Positions 20,668-29,396 of a DNA stretch of 64,000 nucleotides are shown here, piece by piece. The first letter of the stretch is position 1, and each line of letters starts with the position of its first letter. The translations under genes and the position numbers were made by a program. Source of the stretch: Dehalococcoidia bacterium (lineage in GTDB: Bacteria; Chloroflexota; Dehalococcoidia; UBA2979); the NCBI GenBank assembly GCA_965219085.1, contig OZ244720.1, positions 2,944,001 to 3,008,000 on the forward strand, given 5' to 3'. The notes beneath the pieces were generated by a model, which was given only the letters and a program-made list of their open reading frames with translations, was not told where the DNA came from and did not search any database.

Positions 20668-21961
20668 CAGGGTGCTGAAAAAGGCGCGGCCATCTGGCAG
20701 GATGGGGCTGGCGGCGGGGGCATAGCCTGGGAGGCAGCCCCGTGCGAGGTGACGCCGAGCGCCAGACCAACATGTTGCTGGCGGTGACGCCGGACTCCTT
20801 CATCCCGGACGACCACCCGATCCGACGCATCAAACCGATCGTCGATGCAGCGCTGCAGCGGCTCTCGCCGCTCTTCGGCACGATGTACGCAACGAGCGGG
20901 CGGCCCTCGATCCCGCCCGAGCACCTGCTCAAGGCGAGCCTGCTGATCGCGCTCTACTCGATCCGCAGCGAGCGCCAGTTCTGCGAGCGGCTGCGCTACG
21001 ACCTGCTCTTCAAGTGGTTCTTGGACCTCAACATCTCAGACGCGCCGTTCGACGCCTCGAGCTTCTCGAAGAACCGCGAGCGCCTGCTCGCAGCCGATGT
21101 CGCGCGCGCCTTCTTCGCCGAGGTGGTGGCCGAGGCAAAGCGCCGCCGGCTGCTCTCCGCCGACCACTTCACGGTGGACGGGACGCTGCTGGAGGCCTGG
21201 GCCTCGCTCAAGAGCTACCGTCCGCGCGACGAGCAGGAGCCACCCCCGGGCGGGCGCAACCCGGACGTGGACTTCCGCGGGCGGCGGCGCAGCCGCGATA
21301 CGCATAGCTCCGGCACCGACCCGCAGGCGCAGCTGTACACAAAGGGAGCGGGGCAGACGGCGAAACTGAGCTACATGGGCCATCTGCTCACCGAGAACCG
21401 TCACGGCCTGGTGCTGGACGTGGAGTTGACCGAGGCGAACGGGTACGCCGAGCGCGAGGCCGCGGTCACGATGCTGGAGCGCAGCGTGAGCGGCTGCGGG
21501 ACGCTGGGCGCCGACCGCGGCTACGACACGCGCGACTTCGTGGCGGAACTGCGCGCGCGCGGCGTGACGCCGCACGTGGCGCAAAACGACCGCGGCCGCC
21601 GCAGCGCCGTGGACGGGCGCACCACGCGGCATCGCGGCTACAGGCAGAGTCAGAAGCGACGCAAGATCGTGGAGCAGGTCTTCGGCTGGATGAAGACCGT
21701 GGGCGGCGGGCGCAAGCTGCGTTTCGTGGGCCGCGAGCGCAACCGCGGCTGGCTGGAGCTCACCGCCGCCGCCTACAACCTCGTGCGCATGGCCAGGCTC
21801 GAACTCGCCCCTGCGTAGGCGCAGTGCGCCCTCCGGCCGGTCCGGGAGCCCTCAGAGGCCCCCGGGGGCAGGTCAGGAGGCCACCATCACGAACCCGGAG
21901 GCGGCCTCAAGCCGCCTCTCGCCACTCCGAGACCCCGGAAGGGCGCTTCTTCAGCAGCCTG
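20668..21961 (+). mobile_element. IS5-family insertion sequence, 1294 bp
   Basis: Terminal IRs CAGGGTGCTGAAAAAG (left) and CAGGCTGCTGAAGAAG (right, reverse complement); CTAG duplicated at 20664-20667 and 21962-21965. Confidence 0.93.
20742..21818 (+). CDS. IS5-family DDE transposase
   Basis: GRPSIPPEHLLKA, SIRSER, FTVDGT, GADRGYD, R..VEQVFGWMK, YNLVR. Confidence 0.95.
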   Translation: MRGDAERQTNMLLAVTPDSFIPDDHPIRRIKPIVDAALQRLSPLFGTMYATSGRPSIPPEHLLKASLLIALYSIRSERQFCERLRYDLLFKWFLDLNISDAPFDASSFSKNRERLLAADVARAFFAEVVAEAKRRRLLSADHFTVDGTLLEAWASLKSYRPRDEQEPPPGGRNPDVDFRGRRRSRDTHSSGTDPQAQLYTKGAGQTAKLSYMGHLLTENRHGLVLDVELTEANGYAEREAAVTMLERSVSGCGTLGADRGYDTRDFVAELRARGVTPHVAQNDRGRRSAVDGRTTRHRGYRQSQKRRKIVEQVFGWMKTVGGGRKLRFVGRERNRGWLELTAAAYNLVRMARLELAPA

Positions 21962-23026
21962 CTAGTCGAGTCCCCACGCTTCGCGCAACTGACGCACCTC
22001 CCATGACTGGATGCTCCCGTCGCTGCAATCACTTGTTTGGGGACGCCGGAACATAATGGATTCCTCGTAGGCCGAGTGCCCCAGCCCCAGCACGTGACCG
22101 AATTCGTGCGTTGCCGTCCGTACGAAACATGAGGGGTTCGCCAGGTTGCCCGGATCCAATGATACATCCGACTCGAACCAGAGTCCGAACTGAGTGAAGG
22201 TGTTGCCCGCCAGAGTACCTGGGAGGTGTTCGAGAAGTATTTCATTACGCCAGCTACCACTCCCGACGCGAGAGTCATCATCCGGGCAATCACCGGTGAT
22301 ATCGAACGCGGTTAGGTCGAGAGCATCGTGCCAGGTGTCTGCGGCCGCGCGGACTGACGAGCGAAACAACGCTCGATCTGCTTCCGTGGCCTCGGTGAGC
22401 CAGACAATGCAGAACTCATGAGGCAACAAGTCGTAAGACTGTGGCCCGGCGAAGCTCCACGGGGTAGTCGGAGTGGCCGTGGGCATTGCCACGGGCGTCG
22501 GCGTTGTCGTGGGCGTGGGTGTCGCAGTGACCGGAGTCGCCGAGGGCGTGGCCGTCGGCGTGGGCTCCGGCGTGGACGTCGGCGTGGACGTCGGCGTGGG
22601 CTCCGGCGTGGCCGTCGGCGTGGGCTCCGGCGTGGCCGTCGGCGTGGGCGTCGGCGTGGACGTCGGCGTGGGCTCCGGCGTGGCCGTCGGCGTGGGCGTC
22701 GGCGTGGCCGTCGGCGTGGGCTCCGGCGTGGCCGTCGGCGTGGGCGTCGGCGTGGCCGTCGGCGTGGGCTCCGGCGTGGCCGTCGGCGTGGGCGTCGGCG
22801 TGGCCGTCGGCGTGGGCTCCGGCGTGGCCGTCGGCGTGGGCTCCGGCGTGGCCGTCGGCGTGGGCTCGGGCGTGGCCGTATCCGTTTCGTTCGTCGTCGA
22901 AACGCGGTTCGCGGTTATTGACACGTTCTCGTCACCGTCGGCGCGCAGCAACACGAACGCCACAGCGACGCCCGCAATCACCACGATGGCTCCGAGCAGG
23001 ACTGCAATCATTCGCGACCGACGCAT
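21962..23026 (-). CDS. Membrane-anchored matrixin (M10-like) zinc metalloprotease with Pro/Thr stalk
   Basis: N-terminal TM, long PT linker, [12 protein letters not shown] (HExxHxxGxxH), Met-turn SIMF. Confidence 0.85.
   Translation of the reverse strand: MRRSRMIAVLLGAIVVIAGVAVAFVLLRADGDENVSITANRVSTTNETDTATPEPTPTATPEPTPTATPEPTPTATPTPTPTATPEPTPTATPTPTPTATPEPTPTATPTPTPTATPEPTPTSTPTPTPTATPEPTPTATPEPTPTSTPTSTPEPTPTATPSATPVTATPTPTTTPTPVAMPTATPTTPWSFAGPQSYDLLPHEFCIVWLTEATEADRALFRSSVRAAADTWHDALDLTAFDITGDCPDDDSRVGSGSWRNEILLEHLPGTLAGNTFTQFGLWFESDVSLDPGNLANPSCFVRTATHEFGHVLGLGHSAYEESIMFRRPQTSDCSDGSIQSWEVRQLREAWGLD
22485..22878. repeat. Pro/Thr-rich coding tandem repeat (PEPTPTAT / PTPTAT)
   Basis: Repeated ggcgtggccgtcggcgtgggctcc-type units. 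Confidence 0.9.
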
Positions 23027-23043
23027 ACTCACCCCGTAACTGG

Positions 23044-24011
23044 TTAACGCCTCTCGCCAGCTGGTTCCCAAAAAACCAGCACGGAGACGCCGTCTGGATC
23101 GGGCGCGCCGTGGCCGGCTCCCCATACGAACGCCACCTTCGCCCCCGGTCCGGCCGCACTGATAGCATCCCGGCAGTATCCGTCATTGTGGACTGGGTAG
23201 CGCAGTGCGTGCTCGACCCGGAAGGTTCTGGGTGTCCCTACAGCTGCTGCGATACCCGTCACCCAGAACCGGAAACCGCAGTTGAAGTCCGTCTTCAAGT
23301 CAAAGGTGTCACCCACCCGCACCGAGTCGAAGAACGCCACACGGGGCAGCCCGTGCCGGTCACTAGTGTGAATGCGCAACTCGACGGCTCCGTCTAGGTC
23401 GTCGAAGTTGGCGATCGCGCTCGTGGCGTCCCCGACCCGTTTCAGGAAAGCGTAGCTCCCTGGGCGAGTCGCCTTCCCACTGGTGTCGAGTTGGTCGTAG
23501 CTGATGCTGGTCCGCTCAGGCACCGAGGTCCGGGTAGGTGCGGCCGACGCTGTGGCGTCGGCGTGGGCGGCGAGGGGGGCTCAGTCGCCGCCGGCTTCAC
23601 GACCTCGGGCAGGTCGCCGTTCCCGCCCACCCCGACGAGGACGACGGCCACCACACCCACCACCGCAATGGCCGCGACCGTCACCCCGGCGACAGCCGCC
23701 GCTCCCGCCCCAACCCAGACCACGGGCTTCGCCACCGACGCAATCGCTGCGGGGATGCCGAACAGCGCGCGCAGGCGGCCTCGACGCTCCTCGGGGCGCC
23801 AGGCGGCGAGCTCGTGGCGGCCCTGCAGGCCCAGCTTGCGGAGCATGTTCGAGATGTGGAACTTCACCCCGTCGGCGGTGATGCCGAGGCGCGCGCCGAT
23901 CTCGGCGTTCGTCCCGCCCTCACGCAACTCGTCGAGCACGCGCCACTCGGTCGGCGTCAGGGCATCGGGGTGGCGAGGTCGCCCGCGGCGACGGCGCTCC
24001 ATACGCGCCAT
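23044..24011 (-). pseudogene. LuxR-type HTH + TM + extracytoplasmic domain protein, frameshifted (~23556) and truncated by insertion
   Basis: LTPTEWRVL...GGTNAEIGARLGIT..GVKFHISNMLRKLG, then hydrophobic segment and PT linker; one added base joins it to the 23044-23523 ORF; probable start ATG 24002. Confidence 0.7.
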
Positions 24012-24086
24012 CGTAGGGCGCGAAGCGCCCGATTATCCCTACCCGAACCTCGGGCGGCCCCGATGTTCACGCCTGGGAGGCAACGA

Positions 24087-24114
24087 CGAGGGGCGGCGCT
24101 GCCGCCGCCCCTCG
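24087..24114. terminator. GC-rich hairpin after acyl-CoA dehydrogenase
   Basis: cgaggggcggcg-ctgc-cgccgcccctcg 12-bp stem; no clear U tract. Confidence 0.4.
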
Positions 24115-24142
24115 CTCATCGGGTCCTCGTTGCGGTCGAGGG

Positions 24143-25363
24143 CTAGCCGCGAGGCAGCCCCAGCCCGCGCGTCGCGATGATGTTGCGCTGGATCTCCGAG
24201 GATCCGCCCGCGATCGTCCCGACCACGCTGCTGACGTAGGTGCGCGTGTGCTCCGAGCGCAGCGGTGAGCGCTCGTCGTCGGCGTCCCACAGGCCGGAGT
24301 ACAGCCCGAACGTCTTCATCCCGGTGCGGGCGAGCCGCTGGCTCAGCTCGGTCGTGAACGCCTTGCCCATCGACGCCTCGTAGTTCGGGATCAGGCCGCT
24401 CGCCTGCATCGAGGCGATGCGCATGGCGAGGTTGTTGTTGACCTCGACCTCGATGGCGCGCTCGGCGATCTCGGTGCGCACCTGCGAGGCGCGGTTCGGG
24501 ATGCTCCCGTCCTGGATCGCCTCGACGGTCGCCGCGATGGTCTCGCGCTGCGAGGCGGCGCCGGAGATGCCGGAGCGCTCGAAGTCGAGCAGCGTCATGC
24601 CGACGTACCAGCCGCGGTTGACCTCGCCGATGACCTGGTCGACGGGGACGCGCATGTCCTCGAAGAAGGTCTCGTTGGTGGCGTGCCGCCAGTCCATCGC
24701 GACGATGGGGCGGACGCTGATCTCGGGCTCCTGCATCTCCATCACCATGAAGGTGATGCCGCGGTGCTTCGGGGCGTCCGGGTCGGTGCGGAACATGCCG
24801 AACAGCCAGTTCGACTTGTGGGCCGAGGAGGTCCACATCTTCTGGCCGTTGATCACGTACTCGTCGCCGTCGCGGATCGCGCGCGTCTGCAGCGAGGCGA
24901 GGTCCGAGCCGGCGCCCGGCTCGGAGTAGCCCTGCGCCCACAGCATCTCACCGCGCAGTGTCGGCCCCAGCAGCATCTCCTTCTGCTCGGGCGTGCCGTG
25001 CACGAGCACCGTCGGTCCGATCTGCGGGATGCCGTTCCCGCCGCCGACCTCGGGCGCGTGGGCGGAGCCGAGCTCCTGCTTGAGGATGAACTGCTCCATG
25101 GTGGAGAGGCCGGAGCCGCCGTACTCGGTCGGCCAGTTGGGGGCGTTCCAGCCGTGCTCGGCAAGCGCGTCCGACCACGCCTGCGCGGCGGCCTTGGCCT
25201 CCGGGCCGCCGTGCATCATCTCCCACTGCCAGTCCTGCTCGGCGTCCTCAACGCGGCGCCGCTCGTAGGTCTCGCCGCGGTAGTAGTCCGGCAGCCGCTC
25301 CTGGATGAAGCTCCGCACGCTCGTCCGGAACTCATCCTGCTCGGGGGTGTCGGTCCAGTCCAT
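24143..25363 (-). CDS. Acyl-CoA dehydrogenase (FadE-type), copy 1
   Basis: QGYSEPGAGSDLASL, NGQKMWTS, GEVNRGW, GGSSEIQRNIIATRGLGLPR. Confidence 0.93.
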   Translation of the reverse strand: MDWTDTPEQDEFRTSVRSFIQERLPDYYRGETYERRRVEDAEQDWQWEMMHGGPEAKAAAQAWSDALAEHGWNAPNWPTEYGGSGLSTMEQFILKQELGSAHAPEVGGGNGIPQIGPTVLVHGTPEQKEMLLGPTLRGEMLWAQGYSEPGAGSDLASLQTRAIRDGDEYVINGQKMWTSSAHKSNWLFGMFRTDPDAPKHRGITFMVMEMQEPEISVRPIVAMDWRHATNETFFEDMRVPVDQVIGEVNRGWYVGMTLLDFERSGISGAASQRETIAATVEAIQDGSIPNRASQVRTEIAERAIEVEVNNNLAMRIASMQASGLIPNYEASMGKAFTTELSQRLARTGMKTFGLYSGLWDADDERSPLRSEHTRTYVSSVVGTIAGGSSEIQRNIIATRGLGLPRG

Positions 25364-25529
25364 GTGTGTCTCCTCTGCTCCCGGCCCGGCGACGCGTCGC
25401 ACGGCCCCTGACTCGCTGCGATGTTCATGCGCGCGTCGACGCACCGCCAACGCGTTGCGCGGCGCAGCATACGCGCCTCGGCGGCTCCGCGGGGAGTGGG
25501 GACCAGGGATTGGCCCTGGGTTTCAGCGA

Positions 25530-25563
25530 CCCGCCCCCTCCGGGTTGCGCCGGAGGGGGCGGG
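25530..25563. terminator. GC-rich hairpin after thiolase-like gene
   Basis: cccgccccctccgg-gttgcg-ccggagggggcggg 14-bp stem. Confidence 0.45.
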
Positions 25564-25587
25564 GTGAGTGCCGGTGGTAAGCCGGGA

Positions 25588-26913
25588 CTAGTCGGCGCTG
25601 GACGCCCAGATCATGAAGTCGCCACTCTGCGGCATCGGGCCGCCGGAGACGCCGACCTCGGGCTGTCCGCCCTTGAGGTGCACCTGGCGGTCACCGGCGC
25701 GGCCCTGGATCTGCAGGATGCTGTCGGTGTGCATCCAGAAGCGCGTGCGCCCGGCGCCCACGTTGCCACCGCTGGGCGAGATCGGGGTTGGTCCCTCGAT
25801 GCTGATGTCGCCCTGGTAGAAGTCGAGCGCCTCGCCGCGCTTGATGCCGGCGAAGCCCAGGCCCTCCAGGTGGTAGTTGTGGAACGTCGCGAAGCCGTCG
25901 TACATGTTCTCGAAGTCGAGGTCGGCGGCGTTGACGCCGGAGCCGTCGTAGAGCTTCCGCGCCGTTGAGTCCGTTGCGTCCTCGGCCAGATCCAGCGACG
26001 GCCGCAGCCCGAACCCGGGCCGCGTGGTCACGTGGTTGAGGATGTAGGCCGGCTTCTGCGCCATGTCCGCGGCCTTCTCGGCCGACGCGAACACGTAGGC
26101 GACCGCGACGTGGATCGGCATGTCGTGGTCGAACAGGTTCAGCGGCTCGACGATCCAGCGCGCGTTCAGGTAGTCCTCGACCGTCACCTCGTCGGGGCGG
26201 TGCTGCGCGAAGAAGCCCTCCGGGAACATCAGCCCGTTGCGCTTCGAGTTCACGATGAACGGCGCCATGTTGTCGTGGCTCTGGTTGTACCTGTGCATGT
26301 ACTCCTGGAACTGGAAGCCGTCGTTGGTCGCGGCGCTCGTGCCCCACGGGTTCGTCCACACGCCGCGGCCCTCGACGGTGTTCCTGGCGTTGGCCCCGCC
26401 CTGGTAGTAGCGGCCGGGGAAGTTGTGCCACGCCTTCACGACGAGGCATACGGAGGTCAGTCCGCGGCCCACCGCTTCAGCGGCGACGCAGATGCAGTTC
26501 GACATGCACCCCGGGCCGTTCATCTTGAACGTCAGGTTGGTCAGCTCCGGCATGTTGTTGACGATCCAGTCCCCGCTCAGCGAGGCGACCCCGTCCATGG
26601 GGTTCTCACCGGGCTCGAACTGCGACAGCACGTCCTCGGGCAGCGGGTCGCCTTCGGGCCACCACGCGCCGGTCGTCGTCGACGGGTCGAGGACGAGGCC
26701 GTCAACCTGGTCCGGGGTGATGCCGGCGTCCTCGATGGCGTTGCGGATCGCGATGCGCATCCACGCGCCGATGCTGGTCTCGGCCTGGCCGTCCCAGCGG
26801 CGCGCGGTCGGGGAGTGGCCGATACCCACCGCGGCGACCTTGCCGCGGTGCTCCCAGAGGCCAAGCCCTTCCTGGCGGCGGTAGAAATCAGCGGGTGCGT
26901 TCTCGGTTGGCAT
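25588..26913 (-). CDS. Thiolase-fold (SCP2/Ltp2-like) protein
   Basis: VAAVGIGHS, AIEDAGI.PDQVDG, YLNARWIVEPL...D, MYDGF, P.SPSGGN, LQIQGRAGDRQV. Confidence 0.8.
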   Translation of the reverse strand: MPTENAPADFYRRQEGLGLWEHRGKVAAVGIGHSPTARRWDGQAETSIGAWMRIAIRNAIEDAGITPDQVDGLVLDPSTTTGAWWPEGDPLPEDVLSQFEPGENPMDGVASLSGDWIVNNMPELTNLTFKMNGPGCMSNCICVAAEAVGRGLTSVCLVVKAWHNFPGRYYQGGANARNTVEGRGVWTNPWGTSAATNDGFQFQEYMHRYNQSHDNMAPFIVNSKRNGLMFPEGFFAQHRPDEVTVEDYLNARWIVEPLNLFDHDMPIHVAVAYVFASAEKAADMAQKPAYILNHVTTRPGFGLRPSLDLAEDATDSTARKLYDGSGVNAADLDFENMYDGFATFHNYHLEGLGFAGIKRGEALDFYQGDISIEGPTPISPSGGNVGAGRTRFWMHTDSILQIQGRAGDRQVHLKGGQPEVGVSGGPMPQSGDFMIWASSAD

Positions 26914-27104
26914 GGGGCGTCCTTTCTTTTGCCGTTCCCTGCGTGGTCTGAGTTCACGCCTGCGGGGGCCGACGGAGCGGCCCACGCGCGCAGTGTGCGC
27001 GAAGTGACGCGCGCGCGCCAGCATCGGCACGCGCACGTCGCCGAACCGGCACGACGAGAGGGCCTTGATTCGAGGCCCCCTCGCGTGTGTCCGTGAGCGG
27101 TTTG

Positions 27105-28334
27105 CTAGCCGCGCGGCAGGCCGAGCCCGCGCGTGGCGATGATGTTGCGCTGAATCTCCGACGACCCCCCTGCGATCGTGCCCACCACCGAGTGCACGTT
27201 CGACTGCGTGAACAGCGACTTCGACGGCGAGTGATCGGAGTCCGGGTCCCAGATGTTCGAGTACAGCCCGTAGACCTTGATGCCCGTCCGCGAAAGCCGC
27301 TGCACCAGCTCGGACGCGAACATCTTCGAGGTCGACGCCTCGTAGTTCGGGATGATGCCTCGCGCCTGCATCGAGATGATGCGGAACGAGTAGTTGAACA
27401 TCACCTCGGACTCGACGTAGTGATCGGCGATGGCGGTGCGTTGGCGCCGCAGCCCGCCCCCCTCGACCATGCGCTGGCCCGCGGCCGTCCGCACGTCCTC
27501 AAGCAGGCGGTCGATGTTCTTGCGAATCTCGATCGCTCCCGCGATGTTCGACCGCTCGAAGTCGAGCAGCGTGACGCCGACGTACCAGCCACGGTTTTCC
27601 TCGCCGATGAGGTGGTCGGTGGGTACGCGCACGTCCTCGTAGAACGTCTCGTTCGTGGCGTGCACCCAGCCCATCGATGTGATGTGGCGCACGCTGATAC
27701 CGGCGCTCAGCATGTCCATGACGAGGAACGAAATGCCGCGGTGCTTCGGCGCGTCCGGGTCGGTGCGGAACATGCCGAACAGCCAGTTCGACTTGTGGGC
27801 CGCCGAGGTCCACAGCTTCTGGCCGTTGATGACGTACTCGTCGCCGTCGCGGACGGCGCGCGTCTGCAGCGAGGCGAGGTCGGAGCCCGCGCCCGGCTCG
27901 GAGAAGCCCTGCGCCCAGCGGAACTCGCCGGCCAGGGTCGGCTGCAGGAACTTCTGCTTCTGCTCCTCGGTGCCGTGGACGAGCAGCGTCGACCCGAGCA
28001 GCGTGACGCCGGAGCCGCCGACCGTGGGGGCCTCGGCTTCCGCCATCTCCTGGCGGTAGATGAACTGCTCCATCGGCGTCATGCCGCCGCCGCCGTACTC
28101 GGTCGGCCAGTGCGGAGCGACCCAGCCCCTGGTCGAGAGCGCCTCGGCCCACTCGCTCGCGGCCGCCTTGGCCTCGTCGGTACCCTGGTCCATGTCTTCC
28201 TGCCAGTCGGCCTCGAGGCCGGGCGGCATGCCCGATTCGATGCGGGCTCGGTAGAAGCCCGGCAGGCTGCTCTCGATGAACGAACGCACCTGGGTGCGGA
28301 ATGCCGCCTGTTCGTCGTTGTCTGCCCAGTCCAT
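27105..28334 (-). CDS. Acyl-CoA dehydrogenase (FadE-type), copy 2
   Basis: QGFSEPGAGSDLASL, NGQKLWTS, GEENRGW, GGSSEIQRNIIA. Confidence 0.93.
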   Translation of the reverse strand: MDWADNDEQAAFRTQVRSFIESSLPGFYRARIESGMPPGLEADWQEDMDQGTDEAKAAASEWAEALSTRGWVAPHWPTEYGGGGMTPMEQFIYRQEMAEAEAPTVGGSGVTLLGSTLLVHGTEEQKQKFLQPTLAGEFRWAQGFSEPGAGSDLASLQTRAVRDGDEYVINGQKLWTSAAHKSNWLFGMFRTDPDAPKHRGISFLVMDMLSAGISVRHITSMGWVHATNETFYEDVRVPTDHLIGEENRGWYVGVTLLDFERSNIAGAIEIRKNIDRLLEDVRTAAGQRMVEGGGLRRQRTAIADHYVESEVMFNYSFRIISMQARGIIPNYEASTSKMFASELVQRLSRTGIKVYGLYSNIWDPDSDHSPSKSLFTQSNVHSVVGTIAGGSSEIQRNIIATRGLGLPRG

Positions 28335-28362
28335 CGTGTCCTCCGTAGTCGCAGTGTCTTGT

Positions 28363-28404
28363 GGGCCTTATAGCACCTTGAGGCACGCCTCACCACACGC
28401 GGCC
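28363..28404 (-). promoter_or_regulatory. Promoter/operator block duplicated upstream of ACAD copies 2 and 3
   Basis: Identical to 30655-30696; extended -10-like TGcTATAAG on minus strand; palindrome TGAGGC-ac-GCCTCA at 28379-28392. Confidence 0.6.
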
Positions 28405-28560
28405 TGTCGCGCGTCAGCGTCGTCGATAGGTGGCACTGAGGTCACGGTGCCGATCCCGCTCAGTCATGCCCGTCGCCACGTGCTCGAACCGGCCGGCCTC
28501 GCAGTTCCGGCAGGTGGGTGGTGTTCCCCTGACGGGTAGTGCCAGGGTTCGACCATGCGG

Positions 28561-29214
28561 TTAGGCCCGAGTGAACCCCGAAATGCGCCGCTGATAGACG
28601 ACGATGGCTGCTGCCAGAGCGACCAGGGCGCCGATCGCAGGCCAGCCGGGGCGGCCGTACGGGTCGTATTGCGGCAGGTCTGGGTCGCGTTCCGACAGTT
28701 CGTCGAGGGCTTCCAGAAGTTCTTCCAGTCCCTTGTCCGAGGGGCCGAGGTAGTACCAGTATCCCGCGAGGTCTCCAGCCTTCAATGGCGGCCAGCGCTC
28801 GGGGTCGTATTCAGACTGTTCATACTGGGCGGCACCTTCGGGGGTGACGACGACGACGAACGCGAGGTGTCGCTCACCTATCCTGGGCTCTCCTCTGGCA
28901 GGGCAGGGCGCCCAGGGAGTATCAGCTGATTTCGCGACGATCCTGTTCCCGGCCGAGATCCGCCCCTTCCAAGCCTGATCCACGGTAAGGACGTTGGTGC
29001 TCCAAGCCACCCCTTCGGTGATGCTCCGCTCCTCGAGTATGCCGGAGAACACGAGCGCTTCGCCTTCCCACCGCCACTCCAGTTCGCCGTCGAGAAAACG
29101 ATCAACCCAGTACCCGGCTAGTTCGGAACACGCGTCAGCCGGCGCGGGACGTGACGCGCTGAGCGCGAGCAGCGCGATCAGGACGGCAGCGAGCCAGATC
29201 CTGGTCGATCTCAT
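28561..29214 (-). CDS. Exported TIMP/NTR-like protein with C-terminal membrane anchor
   Basis: Signal peptide ending ADA|C, VFSG, V.QAWKG, second Cys, G.RHL.F pattern, C-terminal hydrophobic helix plus RR. Confidence 0.6.
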   Translation of the reverse strand: MRSTRIWLAAVLIALLALSASRPAPADACSELAGYWVDRFLDGELEWRWEGEALVFSGILEERSITEGVAWSTNVLTVDQAWKGRISAGNRIVAKSADTPWAPCPARGEPRIGERHLAFVVVVTPEGAAQYEQSEYDPERWPPLKAGDLAGYWYYLGPSDKGLEELLEALDELSERDPDLPQYDPYGRPGWPAIGALVALAAAIVVYQRRISGFTRA

Positions 29215-29396
29215 CGCTCCCCCACGCCCCAGGTCCCAGAGCGGCCGTTCACGCGGATGGTCGCGGCGTCCTCGATACGCTCGAGGCGGCCGTCCATCGT
29301 GCCCGGGCGGTCCGCGACGTTGCCGAGGCGGCTCTGAGCGTCAGCCATCGGCTTGCCCCGGGCCGCCGGGTGCGCCGTCGTTGGGCGTCGCTTCCC

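Noticed and set aside
28412-28540. Short CxxC-containing frame (CRNC) on the minus strand
   Set aside because: No convincing start or RBS; too short to support
28470-28566. attC-like site after the TIMP-like gene (GCCTAAC overlapping the stop) and GTTAACC before the matrixin
   Set aside because: No matching GTTRRRY box closes the hairpin and no integrase is present; IntegronFinder would be needed
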